NCBI RefSeq assembly: GCF_964355755.1
Contig: NC_092676.1
Coordinates: 25,252,871 to 25,316,870 of the forward strand
Source: Antedon mediterranea
Taxonomy: Eukaryota; Animalia; Echinodermata
Direction: 5' to 3'
Length of the DNA stretch: 64,000 nt
In this document: piece by piece, positions 36,672 to 56,000 of the stretch
How positions within the stretch are numbered: the stretch's first letter is position 1
Layout of the letters: every line of letters begins with the position of its first letter
Made by a program: the position numbers and the translations under genes
Notes under the pieces: generated by a model
Seen by the model: only the letters and a program-made list of their open reading frames with translations
Databases searched by the model: none
What the model was told of the DNA's origin: nothing

Positions 36672-38515
36672 GGAGTTGGAGTTTGTACAACTCTCGCAGT
36701 GATTTCTATATTTGTACAACTCTCGCAGCAAGTTCTATATTTGTAAAACTCTCGCAGCGAGTTCTACATTTGTACAACTCTCGCAGCAAGTTCTATACTT
36801 GTACAACTCTCGCAGCAATTTCTATATTTGTACAACTCTCGCAGCGAGTTCTATATTTGTACAACTCTCACAGCGAGTTCTATATTTGTACAACTCTCGC
36901 AGCGATTTCTATATTTGTACAACTCTCGCAGCGATTTCTATATTTGTACAACTCTCGCAGCGAGTTCTATATTTGTACAACTCTCACAGCGAGTTCTATA
37001 TTTCTACAACTCTCGCAGCGATTTCTATATTTGTACAACTCTCGCAGCGATTTCTATATTTGTACAACTCTCGCAGCGAGTTCTATATTTGTACAACTCT
37101 CCCAGCAATTTCTATATTTGTACAACTCTCGCAGCGAGTTCTATATTTGTACAACTCTCGCAGCGATTTCTATATTTGTACAACTCTCCCAGCAATTTCT
37201 ATATTTGTACAACTCTCGCAGCGAGTTCTATATTTGTACAACTCTCGCAGCGAGTTCTATATTTGTACAACTCTCCCAGCAATTTCTATATTTGTACAAC
37301 TCTCGCAGCGAGTTCTATACTTGTACAAACAACTCTCACAGCGAGTTCTATATTTGTACAACTCTCGCAGCGAGTTCTATATTTGTACAACTCTCACAGC
37401 GAGTTCTATATTTGTACAACTCTCGCAGCGATTTCTATATTTGTACAACTCTCGCAGCGATTTCTATATTTGTACAACTCTCGCAGCGAGTTCTATATTT
37501 GTACAACTCTCCCAGCAATTTCTATATTTGTACAACTCTCGCAGCGAGTTCTATATTTGTACAACTCTCGCAGCGAGTTCTATATTTGTACAACTCTCCC
37601 AGCAATTTCTATATTTGTACAACTCTCACAGCAAGTTCTATATTTGTACAACTCTCGCAGCGATTTCTATATTTGTACAACTCTCGCAGCGATTTCTATA
37701 TTTGTACAACTCTCGCAGCAATTCTATATTTGTACAACTCTCGCAGCGAGTTCTATATTTGTACAACTCTCGCAGCGAGTTCTATATTTGTACAACTCTC
37801 CCAGCAATTTCTATATTTGTACAACTCTCACAGCGAGTTCTATATTTGTACAACTCTCGCAGCGATTTCTATATTTGTACAACTCTCGCAGCGATTTCTA
37901 TATTTGTACAACTCTCGCAGCGAGTTCTATATTTGTACAACTCTCCCAGCAATTTCTATACTTGTACAAACAACTCTCCCAGCAATTTCTATATTTGTAC
38001 AACTCTCACAGCGAGTTCTATATTTGTACAACTCTCGCAGCGATTTCTATATTTGTACAACTCTCGCAGCGAGTTCTATATTTGTACAACTCTCGCAGCA
38101 AGTTCTATACTTGTACAAACAACTCTCACAGCGAGTTCTATATTTGTACAACTCTCGCAGCAAGTTCTATATTTGTACAACTCTCGCAGCGATTTCTATA
38201 TTTGTACAACTCTCGCAGCGATTTCTATATTTGTACAACTCTCGCAGCGATTTCTATATTTGTACAACTCTCCCAGCAATTTCTATATTTGTACAACTCT
38301 CGCAGCGAGTTCTATATTTGTACAACTCTCGCAGCGAGTTCTATACTTGTACAAACAACTCTCACAGCGAGTTCTATATTTGTACAACTCTCGCAGCGAT
38401 TTCTATATTTGTACAACTCTCGCAGCGATTTCTATATTTGTACAACTCTCGCAGCGAGTTCTATATTTGTTCGAATCTTGCAGCGATTTCTACAACTCTC
38501 GCAGCGAGTTCTACA
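36672..38515 (+). repeat. 29-bp minisatellite TTGTACAACTCTCGCAGCGAGTTCTATAT, about 63 copies
   Basis: Direct reading. A few point variants plus occasional 33-bp units containing tacaaacaactc. Confidence 0.97.
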
Positions 38516-39391
38516 AGAGATTTATTAGGTGGTTCTAATACAGTAGCCTTGCCCTAAACAGCTCACAACTAAATGTATAGTAATTTTATTAATAGTCTTC
38601 CAGCTTAAAAAGCCACAGAAAAATAGTACTGATAGATATGAATTGTGCTGCTATTTTGAATGGTGAACATTTAACTTATTTAGTAATAGAATAAATGTTA
38701 AAAATAGATAGTGTTGTATTGTGGCGAGAGGATATCTGGCTATGACAGTTATTACTGATTTACAGTGAGTGAGGAGTGCTTAGAATTTTAAGTAAATGCT
38801 GAGATCAATTTAAATTATGCAAATGACGACATTATTTTATATATAATAAAGAATAAAAGTATAAACAGAGTATGAATAACTATTGTTTTATTTGCAAGAA
38901 CAAAATATGTTTTAAAGATTTACTTTTAAAAAAAACATGATTGCAAGACTTTAATTATATGACTTTTTATTATATTTAGTATTTTTATTACCATAAAAAA
39001 ACAAAAGCTATCTTAGAGAATCCTATTTAAAAATCTAATATAATAGCCCATGCAATTGGAAAAAAAACTAAAATAAATTATCTTTTGGAAGTCAAAGCAA
39101 AATAAATTGTAAATGGTGGTAACATTTGAAAGTAAATATTTGCTATGCATAAATTAATTTGAATAACTTTGCGTCATAATTATAAACAGCCATTTTTATA
39201 ATAGTACCAGTACACACATTACATTTGTTACTTAAACATTAAAATACAAAGCATTTATTATTTTGAGAACTGGGCAACATTGATATTATGGCCATTCTGT
39301 ATAAATTTAAAAAGGGATTTATAATATCAAATACGGTAGGGCTAAAATACAAATAAATATTTAATATTTACACAATTTTATATATTTATTA

Positions 39392-40787
39392 TTATCCTCT
39401 TGTCACATGTCCTATTAAAAAATAAAACACAATAAATAAAAATAATAAGGTAAGGATAAGATAGCACATAAGTTTGCGATTGTGTTTGCCAGATTTTAAC
39501 ATTTGATCAAATCGCCTCACAGATCCTCCTAGTAAGCCTTGGGTTGAATCAAATTCACCATCCTGAGAAAAAGATAAAAAATGGATTAATTTTAACAAAC
39601 TAATATCACTTTATTAGTATAGTGTGCTGTATTGTCATCTAACATTCTGTTCCTTCTTTCTACATCACTCCTTTTCTAAAGCTCTGTCTACACTATCAAA
39701 CTAGTTTGACAAAAAAAGTTTGATGTGCCGAAATACGGTAGTGATATGCTTAAATATGGTAGTGATATGACATCATCATGTCCATATATGGGCACATCAC
39801 ATGTTTTGTCACATAAAGTTTGATGGTTAAGACAGAGCTTAAAGTTTCAATAATGAAATCCATTAAATACATAATGAAAGAAGGTTGCACAATCAATAGC
39901 TATAATTTAAAGTCTCATGTTTTTTTGCCCTGTCTTTAAAATTGATAAATCTTTACTAACCATTCCATCTAAGTATCGATTCTGATCATTGGTCTCTGTC
40001 TCAATATCAAGAGCAAGCTGCAATAAAAAATATATATAAAAAATTAATTAAAGATTTTAAACAAAATTCAAAGAAACCTTGCATTGTTTTTTATTATTTT
40101 CCTTAAAAAGTTGTTTATTGCAGCTTATGAAATTTGAAAATTAAAAGAATTTGTAAAAATTTTTTTGGAGGAGAAGAAGCAAACTGGGGATGTAAATGCC
40201 TGGTCTGTAGTTTGTCATTATTTATTATGGATAAACCTCATTTGTGTATGTTTGCATGCTTTAATAAACAAGATATATACAGACCGATTTTAATGTTGAA
40301 ACTTTTGTTGCTAAATTGTCAGATAGTCTGTTGTTTTCAGCTTCCAGCATATCCTCTGTAGAGGCTGCACCTCTCCCTGTATTGATGGAATAACTAATAT
40401 TAATCTTGGACTACGGAGTACGGTTTATATTTTTATATAAGCCGTAGTTCAAGCCAGTAGTTGATGACATTTCTAGATTGAGGAAACAGGAAAACATGCT
40501 AAACTAAGATCCAATACAAAGGTAGGCCTCAAAAGGTCACAAATTGATCTGTTATATCGCGCGGGGAAATGGGCTCGTCGTCGCCAATGAAAACGACGTT
40601 TTGTGCCAGTGAGTTAGGCCTGCGTATAATTCCTTCCTGTTTAATTAAAATTTTGAAATATTTTGATAGATAGTGTTTCACTAAAATGTTATAATAACTA
40701 GATTTATTTGATCTAGATCAGATCCGTTTATTTTTAATAATTAGCAAACAATTTTAATAATATCTTACCACCTCCGTTTCGATTCAT
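39392..40787 (-). CDS. BET1: BET1 Golgi vesicle-transport Qc-SNARE, 112 aa
   Basis: Exons 40787-40769 (MNRNGG), 40376-40285 (EDMLEAENNRLSDNLATKVSTLKS), 40017-39961 (LALDIETETNDQNRYLDGM), 39562-39392 (DGEFDSTQGLLGGSVRRF...NRKLMCY plus TM). All in phase, 339 nt. Confidence 0.92.
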
Positions 40788-41123
40788 ATTTGTTGTTTTT
40801 AAATCGCCGACGTGGAATTGTTTGTTTGTGTTTTACTCATGGCCGGCCAAAATGAACACATCTAGCGCCATCTATGTAAAGAGATGTATGTACTTTTAAT
40901 CTCATTTCTATCCATAATATATTTTTTAATAGCTTCTATTTTTCTAAATACTGAATAGGATTAGTCTTTCACATTCCAGCTCGTATTTTACTTTCAAATT
41001 TGCGGACCAAGATATAAAACTATTTGTATTTAAAAGTGTTCTAAAATAACTGTTCTCGACGTTTCGATCATGCTTTGATATTCAGGAGTGAGAATGATAT
41101 AAAAACAATGCCATACACCTGGC

Positions 41124-41206
41124 TGCAGTCGCGTGCTCAAATTTGAGTTGTGTTTACCGACCGACCGACATTTGAGCTGTAGAGTCGCGTTTGCACGCGA
41201 CTAAAA
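41124..41206 (-). mobile_element. Helentron-associated short element (inverted relative of 12183-12300)
   Basis: ctgcagtcgcgtgctcaa...ttaccgaccgaccgacat.tgagctgtagagtcgcgttt gcacgcgactaaaa. Confidence 0.6.
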
Positions 41207-41828
41207 GCATTGTTTGCTTAGAAATGTATTTATATTTTAGCCATTTTAGATAGTATTATTATTATTATTATTAACCAAATTTAATATCATATATGGCCTA
41301 CTGCCTCCTCAAATTTCGATTCTTTATTTTTGTTTGGAAATCGCTAACGTGGAAATGCCCTATTCCACTCATATAGTTGGTTCATAATTATCTATAGCAG
41401 TTTGTTATTTGCCGCCGCGACTACAAGAAAGGTCGGAGTAATGAGAAATAATAAACCATAATGGTATCTCTCGTATGAGTAGGCCTACTTGTTGGATGGG
41501 TCTCAGCAGCAAGGAATAGGACCTGACTTGATTGCATAAACGTAATGATTATTTTTATGACGTAGGGAGGCAGAAAAAGAGAGCAACATAAGATGACAAT
41601 GCATAACTGTCAATCAATACTATATCAAGGAGTTGTTAATTTAGTCAGATAAAATAGCATGATGACTTGGCAGTTTTCGATGATTATATTGCGACGTTTT
41701 GGAAAATGAATTCAACCATGAAATGAAATGAGACCAGAAACATTAGCGTTGAAATATGTATTATATTTATGAATGTAATTCTGTATTCTTTATATCCAAG
41801 AAGCTGATTATATCACCAACTCATGATC

Positions 41829-42196
41829 CAGCTATAATTTCAAGTCCGATGTTTTTTTTGCCCTGTGTTTAAAATTGATGAATCTTCACAACCATTCCAT
41901 CTAAGTATCGATTCTGATCATTGGTCTCTGTCTCAATATCAAGAGCAAGCTGCAATAAAAAAAATATATAAAAAAATTAAATAAAGAAAAACAAAATTCA
42001 AAGAAACCTTGCACTGTTTTTTATTATTTTCTTTAAAAGTTGTTGATTGCAGCTTATGAAATTTGAAAATTAAAAGAATGTTTTAAAATTTGTGTTGGAG
42101 GAGAAGCAAACTGGGGATGTAAATGCCTGGTCTGTAGGTTGTGTTTCATCATCATCTTCCTTTATTGTGCATACACCTAATTTGTATATGTTTGCT
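41829..42196 (-). pseudogene. Orphan duplicate of BET1 exon 3 (41893-41949) with flanking intron sequence
   Basis: The 57-bp exon is identical to 39961-40017 and the flanks match ~39899-40255. It lies upstream of BET1 exon 1. Confidence 0.8.
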
Positions 42197-43103
42197 CATG
42201 ATCCACGTTTGATATGTACATTTAGAGAAAGGGAAACTAGGCCGCACCAGGATCACATTCATATCATTCACATATACTGACATCTTACAATGACTTTATA
42301 AATATGGTGTTTCATACCCGCCATTCAGTTCATTTTATCTATTTATTCGACATCAAAAATGTCATGGGACCACAAAAACAACAAAGTCAGAATACCATGA
42401 TATTCCTGGGCCCCAGAAGAACTATAGAATTATTTATCAATATATACATTTAAAAACATATAAAACTGGTAAAATAATAGCACAGTGATGTTCTTCCCGG
42501 CCAGTTAAACGATTAGGTTTGTATTGAGTTCTTGGAACATTATGAATCCTTTAGGACTAATATTTGCAATGTCATACTTTTTAAATTAATAATAATTGCC
42601 TTGGTTTGCGCAAGATGTTAATTTATTCTGTAAAAATGATTATATATGTCAGTTCATTTGACAAACATGATAGGCCTGCATGACGGAATTTCTGATACTT
42701 CTAGCATATTCGAGTTAAAACACGGTCCATCAATTTCATTCGCTCTATTGTAAATGAATTAATTTATTCTTGATCCAGGGCGCGTTTACTTTGTTATTTC
42801 CACAGTGTGGGTGACAAAGTTCATGTTTGCTTAATATAATAAGAAACTATACTATTTAATACGTACGTCGTATACTGTCATTCTGTTGCTAAACATCAGT
42901 CGTGCTGGTCAGTGTAAGTATACAGTTGTGTTCATAAGTATCAAATAATGTACCCGGTCTTCCGGACATATTTTAGTTTAAAAAACAAATTAGGCTTATA
43001 GCATGAAGAGGAAGATATCTTGCTTAAATTGTAATCGTTTTATATAAGTACCAAATTAAGTTTACTTTTATTGCAAATCTTTTCCATAAAATTTTGCATT
43101 GTC

Positions 43104-43358
43104 ATAGTTGGGTATCCGAGTGATTAGGACAATTGACTGTCATACAGAGAGACCTGGGTTCAATTCCCCGATAACTCCCAGTCCACTCAGCTGTAAATGA
43201 GAACCTGATTGAAAATACTAGGGAGAATAAGGCAGTGTGGAAAGGAACTGGTCACCCAATCACATAATGCTGATGCTTAGTAACTGTACAATGAGCTCCT
43301 GGCAGCTCATTCCTCACGTTCAGAATGAACACGGGACAGGACTCATTTTTACCTATTT
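43104..43358 (+). mobile_element. tRNA-headed SINE with a conserved central domain
   Basis: A-box-like tgggtatccgagtg, B-box ggttcaattcc, core cagtccactcagctgtaaatgag (Nin/Meta-type) and a tttacct.ttt tail. Confidence 0.7.
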
Positions 43359-43425
43359 AGTTTTTATTTTGTTTAAAAATAATTTATTTTAGAATATTAT
43401 TAACAATCAATCGAAGTATTTCAAA

Positions 43426-47264
<3,839 letters not shown>

Positions 47265-48330
47265 TAAGTGTTAAAGAGGGAATTCTCATCATAACACAAA
47301 GCACCGCGTGTATGACAAGAGCATCGGAGCATGCAATTCACTGGGTGCACACTTATGAATAGTCTGGGTTCCAGACGGAGTTTTGAATTAATAACATTAA
47401 AATATTTTTGCACATATGGCGTTTCATACGTATACTACTTGAGCTTGAATTTCAGACAAACATCAAAAGCCTCGAAATTGGAGCAAGTCTAACGTATGAA
47501 ATTCGCCAGTTTAATTTAAAATTGTTCTTACTTTTGTATTAGTTTAGTATAGTTATCTGTGTTTGTTGCATTTTAAATTTTAAACACGCACAATATTACA
47601 CACTGAATAGTGTGAGTTAAATCAAGGAAGAGTGAAATTTTATTCATCCCCGGTTAAATACATTTATTATTATTAACACATATTCTTAAAAATGTGAATA
47701 AAAAACGACGTATTAATAACTTGTGAAACGCGTTTTTGTCATTTTCTAACGTAATTGCTTATGCAGATGACGGATGCTTATGATTCCATAATGAGAACTA
47801 AACATTATATTTATTTGCGTTGGTTGTTGCTGGTAGCTGGGCTTCGTTACTATTGTTTAACGTTTCAATATTCAGCAAGCCATTTTCTTTCTATATTAAA
47901 AAGATTATATGCAAGACAATTTAGTATACTGTCACTGTGTGTAGGCTATAGGGTAAGTACTGTACAATATAAAATGGTAGGCATTTTTGTTTCAAGTATA
48001 CTTGTCCATGCTTTAGACAGCAATATAATCCATTATTATTATTAAGTAATTCCTACGGAGGAAAAACAATATAACATTTAGAAAAACAATAAATAATATT
48101 AATATCCGATGGATGTATCTAAAAACTAAGTGAGCCGACTTTACATGTGGTCAAAATCTCTTTATTGTGACTTGTCCATTTTTGTAGGTCTAAATGCAGA
48201 TTTACAAAATCGTGATTTAGCTAAATCTAATGTTTTTTAGGAACAAAGAGAACATTAGTTGTATATGTTATGTAGGTCTATAATAGCTTTTATTTTTTAG
48301 TAGTATTTCATAAAAAAAATTGCAGTCAAC

Positions 48331-51641
<3,311 letters not shown>

Positions 51642-52385
51642 CCAAGAGCACGCGAGAAGCTACTGGCTGTACCCAATAGTAGGCCTATCTGCCAACTGTT
51701 ACTGCGCAACATGTCTAAAAAACTTCATGATTAAAATTTGTAAAATTGAATTGTATGAACAATATGTTTCTTCATATTTTAAAGTGTGGCCATAGCCACT
51801 GATGGTAACATAGGTCAAAGTCCCGGAACACAATAAATGAAAACTTGAAAAAACTTTGGCTATATAAAGTGCAACTGTGCAATAAAACAATAAATGTATC
51901 ATCCCAAACAAATCTGTTTTTATCGAGTTTTTGTGTTTATTTTCATTAAATTTTATAAATTAGCGTTTTTTATTATTTCTAAATAAAAAGGCCGAAAGTG
52001 GCAACTATTTATTTATGCTAATACTTTAGTGTTATTATTATTCCTTATTGATGTTAATGAATTTAGCGTTGTTATGTATGTAGGCCTAATTATAATATGC
52101 TGGTAATAATAATAATAATATCCTGGATTTATATAGCGCCTAATGACTTGTGAAACCTCTAAGCGCTGTACATAAACTAATACGATAAAAGGGATTACAA
52201 TGCAAAAAAAACCCAAACCGAAGTAAGAGGATACGCCTTCAATAAATAATAAAAGTGCAAAAATTAATTTAATCTTTCCGATATTATACTTCTTGTACGC
52301 GTAATTGACAGAGTGCACCATCTGTACATAATAGTGTAATAGTTTTTAAAAATCATTGTTTAAAAAAATAACAATAAAAGGAAGT

Positions 52386-52458
52386 GAGCCCTCTAGCGGA
52401 CCAACGCCTCAAGTTTTTGTTATTCTCAAAAGTTATCAAAATGGCGTAGAACCGGAAG
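52386..52458 (+). promoter_or_regulatory. Probable ARHGAP39 promoter elements
   Basis: CTCF-like CCGCTAGAGGGC (minus strand, ~52388-52399), YY1-like CAAAATGGCG (52437-52446) and ETS-like ACCGGAAG (52451-52458), ~100-170 bp before the ATG. Confidence 0.45.
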
Positions 52459-52555
52459 AAAGGTACGCTAAAACCAGGAGCTCTGACACCTGCCTAAAAA
52501 CAGACCCTTTGTAATTGTTCATTTTGGATTCCTACTAGTCGGAAAGAAAACAAAA

Positions 52556-53081
<526 letters not shown>

Positions 53082-56000
53082 TAAGTTATCTCTTTCATCC
53101 ATTATATGATCATTTTGCAATCAATAGCAATACATTGGGAATAAAAATTTTATGGAGGTCTAGGCCTAGTCGAGTATAGTAAAACCTTGAATGGACTGGT
53201 GGTTAGCATCTATACTTTCAATCGCAGCCAGGGGCAAATTATGTCTTGTGTGAAGTATAGGCTTAAAGATTTTTATCACAGCCAAAACAGCTCTATATTT
53301 AACCTTATGAACAACGATTAGTTTTTAAAATGTTTCCTAAATTATAATTTTTTTTTAATGAAAAATATATAAATGAAAACCTTCATTTTATTACAATAGT
53401 TTACCTTATTTTATGTTGCTACTTGCTTTTTGACAACATTTAATATCAGCCTCAGTCAATCCGTGTTTTTTTATTCCGTATGTTATTTGAGAATAATAAT
53501 AACATTTTATATTTCTAGTATTTTTTAGATTCTAGGTATTTTTAATTCAGTGTACTATTGTCTTGTATTGTCTTGAGGAAATCCAATGGGGTTTTTTAGA
53601 GAAAAAAAATCTAAATTTTTGTAAACTACTTTCGATTAATTCAATTTGTTTTATTACATGATGTGATTTTTTTTTTAAGTGTGCAAGGCAATGCAATTTG
53701 TCTAAGTATCTGCGTCACTTTACTTAAAATTGCCTATGGGGAACTCATGTTCAATTTTAATGAATAGAAACAAATTGGTTGAGGTTTTTCAATTTGTTTA
53801 GCATTGCATACTGTAAAATGTGAAAGTTATCCATTGGATTTTGAAATTATGTACAAATTGAATTTGATTCAAGAAACTATAGATACAGAGTGTGATATAG
53901 AATTATATTACTGTAGAATTGTCCCCTTAATAGGTGTGTATCCCCTAAATAGGGGTACTCCTATTAATGTGACTAACCACAAATTGAAATTGTCCATTTA
54001 ATAGGGGTTTTCGCAGGGGAAAAAATAAACAATTGGTTGATCTGGGTTCAAGACATTTTTTTCTGATAGAAAATGGTACCACTCCTTGTGTTCGTTTTTA
54101 CTCTACTCAATCGGAAATGAACTTATCTACTGTACCACTGGAAAGTACGGACTAAAATTAATTTGCATTGCACCTACTTACTGTACATAATTAGTCTTAA
54201 CTTTTCAGTGAAGTAGCCACGAGAAATAAAGTGGTCCGGTTTTCGCTTGAGAAGAGGAACAATCTCTGTTCAATCCACTCTCTTGTCAAAGGCCTCTGTG
54301 AAAAAGTGATCAGGTTGAAACCTTAAAGGCCGTCTGTGAATTGCTCAGACCTTCTACTCAGCTTAAACACAACCCAGCCTCCCACTGTTAAAACCTCCAG
54401 ATAACCTTTTTGCATTCTTACTAGGCTTGGTTTTGATAGATTATGTAAACTAACTATTAAATACATCCGAATAACAATTTACCTTACTCTCTTGTTAAAA
54501 TCTACGTTCTTTTTAACATCAGTGCGTTTGCGACTTTCATTTTCCGTTATAATTTTTTTTGCTTTTTTATTGATAAACATGATGATGGCAAAATTCCTCA
54601 ACAATCTCAAATCAGAAACATAAGTGGACGGATTTGTAATTTGAGACTTGTAGATTACATTTAAAAGTAATATAAGTTGAATTCTGTTAATGACATATTT
54701 CATCAGCTAAATCATTTCTCAGTATGCATACAGTACTGTTGCAGTATATTCTTAAATTTTGTTCTAGTTTGAATTTAAATTCATTTACATTATGCATGCA
54801 TTTATTATGTGATGCTCAATGAATTATCTTTTCATATTTAATGATCCCTCTCCGCGATTTCATTTCTTGTTGCTGTAAACAACAACACCGCTGTTGGATT
54901 GTGTGATTTACTGTCCCTAATTTTAAAATGTTTTGTGCTGAAAACGAAAGCTTTTTGATCAGCCTTAAGTTTTTTTATAAATGTGCAAATACCTCGGTAC
55001 AGTTTTGTTTAAAAATAATATCTTCTTTTGAATTCGCATAATTAAATACTGTACCGTTCTAGTTTCGTGTTTTATATACTGTAACATATGACTACATATT
55101 ATTGCTTCTATATTTCAGTCTTCTTATCAAATTTTATATCTCTGTAAATTGTTATTGATATCCTGATGTGAGAAATTCTTGTGCATTAGAGTCAGGGTCA
55201 TGAATATTTAGGTGAATTCAATCCTTATAACTGTTCTACAACATGTACCGTACTGTATAGTAGGGTATGCCATGTGGATTTTAATGGTTTTTTCCTTTAA
55301 AGATGTATCGTCTCCTTTAAAAAAGACTTTGAATAGGCAGTTTTGATAAGGTTTTCACTTTCGTAGAAAATAAAACTTTAAAAAAATATTACATTTTCAC
55401 TTATAAAAAGACAAAATAAATGGTACAGTACAGTATTCAACCAAAAACCCATTGGATTCCAGTCAATTTAACTATTTAAAAAAAAAAATTAAGTCAGTTT
55501 TTTTAGGTAAATAATTTTTTTTAGATCAAATTTGTTGGTCATTTAAGTGAATACTGTAGCTGTTAATTGTTATGTGACATTATTTAAAATGGCATATTCA
55601 ACAATTTAAACAACATTTAAAAAATTATTTTTTCAGGGCCAAATAAAAAAGGAAAAACATGTAAATTGAAGTTTAAATAGTTTTTTTTAAATCATATTTA
55701 AAATGTTTATTTTATTTACCTGATAGTCAACCTCAATGTAATGTTTACATTTTTAATGTACAATAGCATTTTGAACAAATATTGTTAGAAAAATAAATAA
55801 TAAAAAAATCAACAAAAAAGACGCATTTCTAATATTTCTATTATTTATTTATTAGATAATAACATGAATATTTAATTAACCTAATTTGGTCATAACATTA
55901 AAATAACAGGTGTTAATCTTATTCAATGTTCTAATAGATTCTAAACTTATTTATGAGTCAGACTTCTTGCATTACAGAGAATGTTTTAATGTTAGGATGT

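Noticed and set aside
36672-38515. CRISPR array
   Set aside because: Repeats are contiguous with no unique spacers, there are no cas genes, and the context is eukaryotic.
36650-38557. Three overlapping 566-635 aa ORFs
   Set aside because: Artefact of a stop-free 29-bp repeat cycling through the three frames; no protein-like complexity.
41893-41949. Mutually exclusive alternative exon of BET1
   Set aside because: It lies upstream of exons 1 and 2 in transcription order, so it cannot substitute for exon 3.
43104-43175. tRNA gene
   Set aside because: Has A/B boxes but no clean cloverleaf, and continues into a SINE core and tail.
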